A stretch of DNA of 64,000 nt from the human T2T-CHM13v2.0 reference genome, Homo sapiens. Positions 57,464-64,000 of the stretch are shown piece after piece. Location of the stretch: assembly GCF_009914755.1 (NCBI RefSeq), contig NC_060940.1. One strand, 5' to 3'. The position numbers were made by a program, and so were the translations under genes. The first letter of the stretch is position 1. Every line of letters starts with the position of its first letter. The notes under the pieces were generated by a model, which made no database searches, was not told the DNA's origin, and saw only the letters and a list, made by a program, of their open reading frames with translations.

Positions 57464-57756
57464 AGCTGGGCACAGTGGCTCATGCCTATAATCCCAGAAC
57501 TTTGGGAGGCCGAGATCCAGTGCATCACTTGAGGTCAGGAGTTCAAGACCAGCCTAGCCAACATGGCGAAACCCTGTTCCTGCTAAAAATACAAAAATTA
57601 GCTAGGCGTGATGGTGCATGCCTGTAATCCCAGCTACTAGAGAGGTCGAGACACCAGGAGGCAGAGGTTGCAGTGAGCTGAGATCGCACCACTGCACTCC
57701 AGCCTGAACAACAGCAACAAAGTGAGACTCCATATCCAAAAAAGAAAAAAAAAAAA
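57464..57756 (+). mobile_element. AluS with a small right-arm deletion
   Basis: Alu body; gaggtcgagacaccaggagg lacks ggagaatcgcttgaa. Confidence 0.9.
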
Positions 57757-58791
57757 GGAATGGGAGAAGGTACAGGCAGAGTACTCTCAATGGTAGGTGG
57801 TCAAGTTTACTGAACACTGCTTAATCTTTTATCCATCGAAGAATGTCCAAAGCAATGGCAGCCAGAGACTCAAGTTTTTCCTTTCTCAACTTGTGTCCAA
57901 GGTGGGAAAATCTCTTAGTTCTAAGTAATGATGTGTCTCATAGTTAAAATTAAATTTGGAGGGAGCAGGTGGTATTTCAAGATTAAGTGATGCTCTTCAG
58001 AAGGAAACAGATGGAATCCTTTTTCAGAGCAGATAAGGAGAGATAGTCTTGAAGATTGCACTTCAAAAGGAGAATGTTCACACTCTATGAAAATAATCAT
58101 TATCTAGTGAGGTGGGTCCACACTTTACAAAAGGCATTTACATCTTCTATATAACATCACCACATGGTACCAAAGTAGAAAAAAAAAGCACTCTAAGAAA
58201 GTTTCTTGTCTGAAATACAAAGTCTGTATGTTTGTAACATTTCTGAGTTTTGTTTCTCTCCAAATTATTGTTCCACTTAACCCTTGTACCAACTCAAGGG
58301 GAATAGGTGAGTAATATCACTGCCACCTCTGGGAGGGGCAGAAGTCCTAAGACTGCACAACTGCAATGGCCCAGACAGAACTTGTACCCAGGTATACAGG
58401 AGCTCATTATAGTTTTCTTTCTAGAAAACTGTTGCTTCAATGTATCCTTTGCAGAGGATAGGTGGGAATTCACTCTTCAACTGCTTTCTATAATTAGGTA
58501 GAAGAGTTCTGAGATTTTACAGGTATTATATCACATTAACAGATCTATTTGATTGCTCACTTGTATTGGATCAAGGGTTATGAGACAGCTATGGTTTGAT
58601 TTTAAAAAAGCATTATGAAGAGATCCATTTGCTTAATCATCTATGTGTCTATTGCACATCTAGTAAGTGCTGGAGACTTTGTCTACAGTGCTGTATTAGA
58701 AGACATGAACCTTGCCTTTCTTTCATGATGCTTATACTCACGTTGTGTGTGTGTGTGCCAGCATGTGTGCTCATGTGTGCACATCATAAGG

Positions 58792-59158
58792 GTATCTTGG
58801 TCCATTCAGGCTCCTGTAACAAAATGCCTTAGGCAGGGCAATTGATCAACAACAGAAATGTATTGCTCACAGTGCTGGAGACTGGAAAGTCCAAGATCAG
58901 GACATCTGCAGATTTGGTGTCTGGTGAGGACTTGCTCCCTGCTCCTCAGGTGATGCCTTGTTGCTGCGTCCTCACATGGTGAAAGGGGCAAGGTGGCTCC
59001 CTGGAGCCTCTTTTTAAAGGGCACTAATCCGATTCACGAGGGTGAAGCTCTCATGACTTAATCACTCCCCAAAGACCCCACTTCTTAACACTATCACATT
59101 GGGTATTAAGTTCCAACATATGAATTTAGGGGAAAATATTAACATTCAAACCATAGCA
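58792..59158 (-). mobile_element. MLT1A/MSTD-like solo LTR
   Basis: gaaatgtattgctcacagtgctggagactggaaagtccaagatca..ggcactaatccgattcacgagggt..cattcaaaccatagca. Confidence 0.85.
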
Positions 59159-60619
59159 AGGTGTAGAAAATAAGTTAACAGCAAAAATGTGCATATGTGT
59201 ATACACATTGTGACTATTAACTATGCTGGAGAACTATTAAAACACCTGATTTCTGTTCCTAAATTGCCAGTTGACTTGCTGTGGACCTTGGGTAAGTCAT
59301 CCTTTTTTCTCTTGACCTGTTTTTATTTTTCACCTAAAGAATGAGATTGTTTTTCTCAGGCTGCATTAGACATATCTGAGTGTTTTGGATTGAGCATCTA
59401 TTAGGTTAATAATCAGAAAAAAGACAGTAAAGACTAAGAAGATGAAGACAAAGAAGAAGAGGAGGAACTGAAGAAGGTGGAATTCCAGCCAGGATCTTCT
59501 GTGGTTTGTGCATCTGAAATTCTGCTGATTTTCCTGCACTCAGCTGGATTTTTGCATATTGTTTATTATTTTGAGGTCTAGGCAACGGAGAATATGTTCT
59601 CTTATCTAATGAGCCTAATTTTTATACACAACAAATTGTGATCCTCACATTTGTGGGGGGCAACAGAGTTAAAGAGACGCATTTCTACCTCAATAAATGA
59701 ACGACAGTTTAGATGCTAAGCTGAGTTTATATTTGTCCTGGCTTGGAGCACACTTTCCTTCTTTCTGCTGCTTCTTCAGAACTGTTTTTATCTTGGTATT
59801 TAAATATCCAAGTGTTTAAATATCTTATGTTTAAATATCTTATTCCTTGTGTTTAAATATCTTATTCTGACTTTCCTGGCTTTTGTGTTTCAAGCAAGTT
59901 GTTTGAACATCTTTTTTTGGTTTAAAATTCTTTAAAAATGCCATGTGATTTCACTGATCTTACCAGAAACCAATAAAAACACATTACTTTAAAAATAACT
60001 CTCATAAAACCTCTTACTTGTGAAAAGCTTTCATTCTAATAAAAGTGGAGCTAACCAAAACCTTTTAAAACTGCTTGCAGGCATACAAGGGACTTGGCAT
60101 GTCCAGATTGTACTACCTCTAGTGGTGATGAAGATACCAGATCTCTATTCTGTCTGTAGGAATGTTGGTCCAAGACAAATTAACTCACCTACTTTAGAAA
60201 AGAAAAATCTAATATATGAGACTAGTAACACCCCAATGAAGGCCACGCATGCTGCATTTTGCCAATATAGCCACTGGGATTCTACAATCTTTTCCATTGT
60301 GTGTGAGGTTGTGGTTGATTTTTCCCCCTTTCCTTTTAGTTTCCTAAATATAGAATTAATGGGTTGTAGGGAAAGTCAACAATTGTTCTTACTTGAGTTT
60401 GGAGAGTGGAAAGAAAATATCCCTCTTTCTGCAGGCTTCAAAATTCCCTTTGGGTTGGTTGCCATCATGTGCCAGTTTCATTTTCAGATTAGACTCATGA
60501 CAACAACTGTAAAGTCTGCGATGACAAGACGATGGAAAATGGTGTCAGTGATACAGGGGAGGGGAGAGGGAGTGGCTTCCATGTCAGTCTTTGATTAGCT
60601 GTGCCAGGTTGGCTGCCCC

Positions 60620-60765
60620 AAACTTCCTGGTGGAAGATTTTCAAAGTGCAGACTCATGGGCTGCTATTTAGAGAGGTCTGAACTGGGGCTCCAGATTTTA
60701 AATTGTTTTCATTTTTCCTAAAAAGATGCTCACATGACTCAAATGTGCAGCCAGTTTGAGAACCA
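60620..60765. mobile_element. MER5-like hAT MITE fragment
   Basis: tgcagactcatggg..ggtctg..atgtgcagccagtttgagaacca. Confidence 0.45.
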
Positions 60766-62617
60766 GAGGTGTAAAAACAAAACCCAGCAACAATGAAAAA
60801 TAAATAAATAAACAGTTTCCATCCAAGAAACATGAAGGAGAAACAATTTGCTGATGGATCAGCACTGCTTACACCAGCCCTCTCCAGGATGTATCCTTTG
60901 GATCATGAGAGCCTGGAGAAAAGGAGCTGTGGCCAACTAAATATGGGAAAAGTTCCAAGCTATATCTCCCTCTCCCAGATTCCCTGGTTCTCTAAAGAGT
61001 ATATAAAATGTACCAGGATGATTTCTACTGAAGACTTGTTTAGTGCTTAGACGATGTTTGTGTGCTTCTCAGATGAACTTGACCATAGAACCACTTCTGC
61101 TAATTAAGTGTTAACATCTTTCAAGGAATGCAATTTTCCTAATGCCCTGCTGGTGAGTTGTGACAGTGCCATTCCTCCCACAAGGAAGGACTAGGGCACT
61201 TTCTTGAGTGACTCCCAAAATGCATCTTGAGAACAACTTTCATTCCCTCAGAGCCCAACCCTCTCCATGTTTCAAGTGGGCGATCTGGAGGGGAGTTCTC
61301 TGTATTCCTTAATAAGAGAGAAGTCACTTTATTTTGCTTTATGTTTATGGCTGAAGGTGTCAATCAAGACACTTCAGAAATGTCACCCCACCTCCACAGA
61401 ACTGTTGCTGTTCAGGAGGCCCACGCTGCTCTGCAGAGACTCTCGGAACATTCAGAGGTTCCCCTCATCAGCAGACAGGTGGGAACCAAAACATGTTTCT
61501 TCTGTGTAGTTGCATGTCAAATTCATCTGCTCTGTCTGGTAGTCAGCGAGCGTGACAGCAAATGGCTTGCAATGACTGATGATCTACTATGTGCCAGAAG
61601 CAGCACCTGTATCACTTCTAATTTTTATAATGCCCCACAAATCAGCCCCCAATTTATAGAAGAGAAAACCAAGGCTTAGCAAAATTAACTTGCCCACTTG
61701 GTAAGTGACAGAATGAGCTGGTTGCCTTTCAAACCAAGGCTCTTTTCTTTCCAAACAAGCCTCAAAAAGACCATTTTTCTTTATCTTTCCACATAAGAGT
61801 TTCTCCTTCCATTTTCTTCCCCATTTCCTTAGGTTTCCATTGATTTTCTTTGGTTATCTTGAAGACAGAGAGAATGTGAGAGTGGAGTCATTTTTCCCCC
61901 TCTGGGCTCTTATTTCAGTGACATCAGGCATTTAACTTTCCAAAGAAGATCGAGATGTTAAAAAGCGTGGGTCCAAGTTGGGCCAAAAAAAGCACTGATC
62001 CAAGTTGGGCCAAAAGCTCAAAGACCATATTCTTCTAATTCCATAAGGCCCTACATGCACAACAATAAGTTTGTTTAGTTTTGGTAAAGCACGATAGCCC
62101 GCAGAAGAGTCAGCGATACATGTTCATGTTGCTCTAAGGAATCTCTTTTCAGAAATTTGCTTTTCATTTGTTCTGTCTACCCAAACCCAGGCCTTGCCCA
62201 TATTTACACCTGGAAAACCCAATATTCTCTATATGCTTCCAAAGTGATATCTATTCCTAGGTCCAGATGCTTGGATTCCAGTTGGCTCTTTCTAGAAATA
62301 GGGTGGAGTCAACACTGGCCGTGAAGGAATCTGGTCTCCCAGCAGGTCACTGTTTGGAAGAGCAAAAGCGGGAAGAGGTGAAACTCCAGGTGGTCATTAT
62401 GAGCCTTTTTTTGGGAAAAGAGTAGTGGGTATCCCAGACTCATTTTCAGGGAACACAAAGACAATTCTCAAGGCTGAGTGTCATTGTTCCTGCTGGGCCA
62501 TAGCATCAGCCTCATTTGCTCCTCTAGACCCAGAACCACCAGTGATAATTCTGGACCTCCTAAAGTTCTCTGAATGGTGCTATTGAAGGAAGCACCAGAC
62601 ATCAGTGTTGCTTATTT

Positions 62618-62942
62618 TTGTTGTTGTTGTTTGGGCTTTTTTGTTTTGTTTTGTTTTTGTTTTTTGAGACAGGGGCTTACTCTGTTGCCCAGGCTGGAGT
62701 GCAGTGGTGTGATCACGGCTCACTTTCATCCTCCTGGGCTCAAGCGATCCTCCCTGCTCAGCCTCCTGAGTAGCTGGGATTACAGATGCATGCCACCATG
62801 CTCAGCTAAGTTTTGTATTTTTTATAGAGATGGTGTCTCACTATGGTGCCCAGGCTGGTCTCAAACTCCTGGGCTCAAGGGAACTGCCCATCTTGGCCTC
62901 CCAAAGTATTGAGATTACAGGTGTGAGCCATGGCACTTGACC
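62618..62942 (-). mobile_element. AluJ-type with (GTT/GTTTT)n tail
   Basis: TSD cagtgt(t/c)g(c/t)ttattt 62603-62617 / 62943-62957. Confidence 0.9.
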
Positions 62943-62974
62943 CAGTGTCGTTTATTTAAAAACAAGTAAATATG

Positions 62975-63279
<305 letters not shown>

Positions 63280-64000
63280 TCAAATCCTATTTCTTACCAC
63301 TTACCTAAAAATTATACTGATTCAAAACAAAAGTGGAACTTTGGTCATTGTTTCTGAGAGTGTGAATGTGAAACTGACTGATAATGTCACAGCTTCCCAT
63401 TGACATGGAGAGGGGAGGCGCCATGAATCCTGGCACTTAGGAGGAGGATTAGCACCTCTGGTCCAGGTCTTCATGGAAGGCCCTGCTCTGCCTCCCAGGG
63501 AACACTCTGGCTGGGTTGCTGCTTTAGCTAGCAACAGGGAGTTTTGGGCTCTGCGTTCCTTCCATGCTGACACCTGTCATTTTTGCCACCCAGAAGCTGG
63601 CAAGTTGAGTTGAGTCTCTTCGGCTTGTGTGTTGTGGGAGCCTCCAGAATCCCAGCACATCTTCCATGTTTCTTGACTTTCTTGTTAACACAGGTTTTGA
63701 AGGCCTTAAAAAAAAACTAAATATATTTCTTGTTCTCAACAAACAGCTTTTCAAATGACTATTATTTATTCATTAGTATTACATTCAGAGTGCCGCGCTT
63801 CATGTTACTTGGAGAAATAAATGAAAGAAAAGCAATATCTCTCTAAATCCCCAATTTACAGCTTTCGGGGAGCCTGGAACAGTTCTATCGTAAAGCTCTG
63901 TCCTGGCTGGCCCAGCATATCTCTCTCCACTGTTTATATGTCTCTTTATCACTCTATCTGCCCAAGATGGACCAACCTAGTCATTTTGTGGGCTCAACAA

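Noticed and set aside
60020-60598. 192-aa ORF in unique DNA
   Set aside because: GTG start, no recognisable motif and no supporting splice or promoter structure; cannot be supported without homology or expression data
61227-61679. 150-aa ORF
   Set aside because: TTG start, ends in a MIR fragment, no recognisable domain

Overview
Primate (human-like) non-coding DNA with no host protein-coding exon, RNA gene or CRISPR array that I can support. About half of it is recognisable interspersed repeat: a full-length but mutated minus-strand L1PA4-like LINE-1 (6750-12933) with an open, extended antisense ORF0, about 15 Alus, many solo MaLR/ERVL/ERV1 LTRs, a Tigger1 transposon, and old L1/HAL1, L2 and MIR fragments. 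Several repeat-free stretches look like developmental enhancers. The less routine signals are: a fossil R4/Dong-clade LINE fragment encoding a restriction-like endonuclease domain (~39900-40310); two local templated insertions into MLT1 LTRs copied from DNA 1.3 and 3.8 kb downstream; a trimeric Alu; a short L1 3' transduction; and a probable retrocopied mRNA 3'UTR. I see no convincing new biological system. Repeat subfamily names come from remembered consensus sequences, and boundaries of old repeats are approximate.
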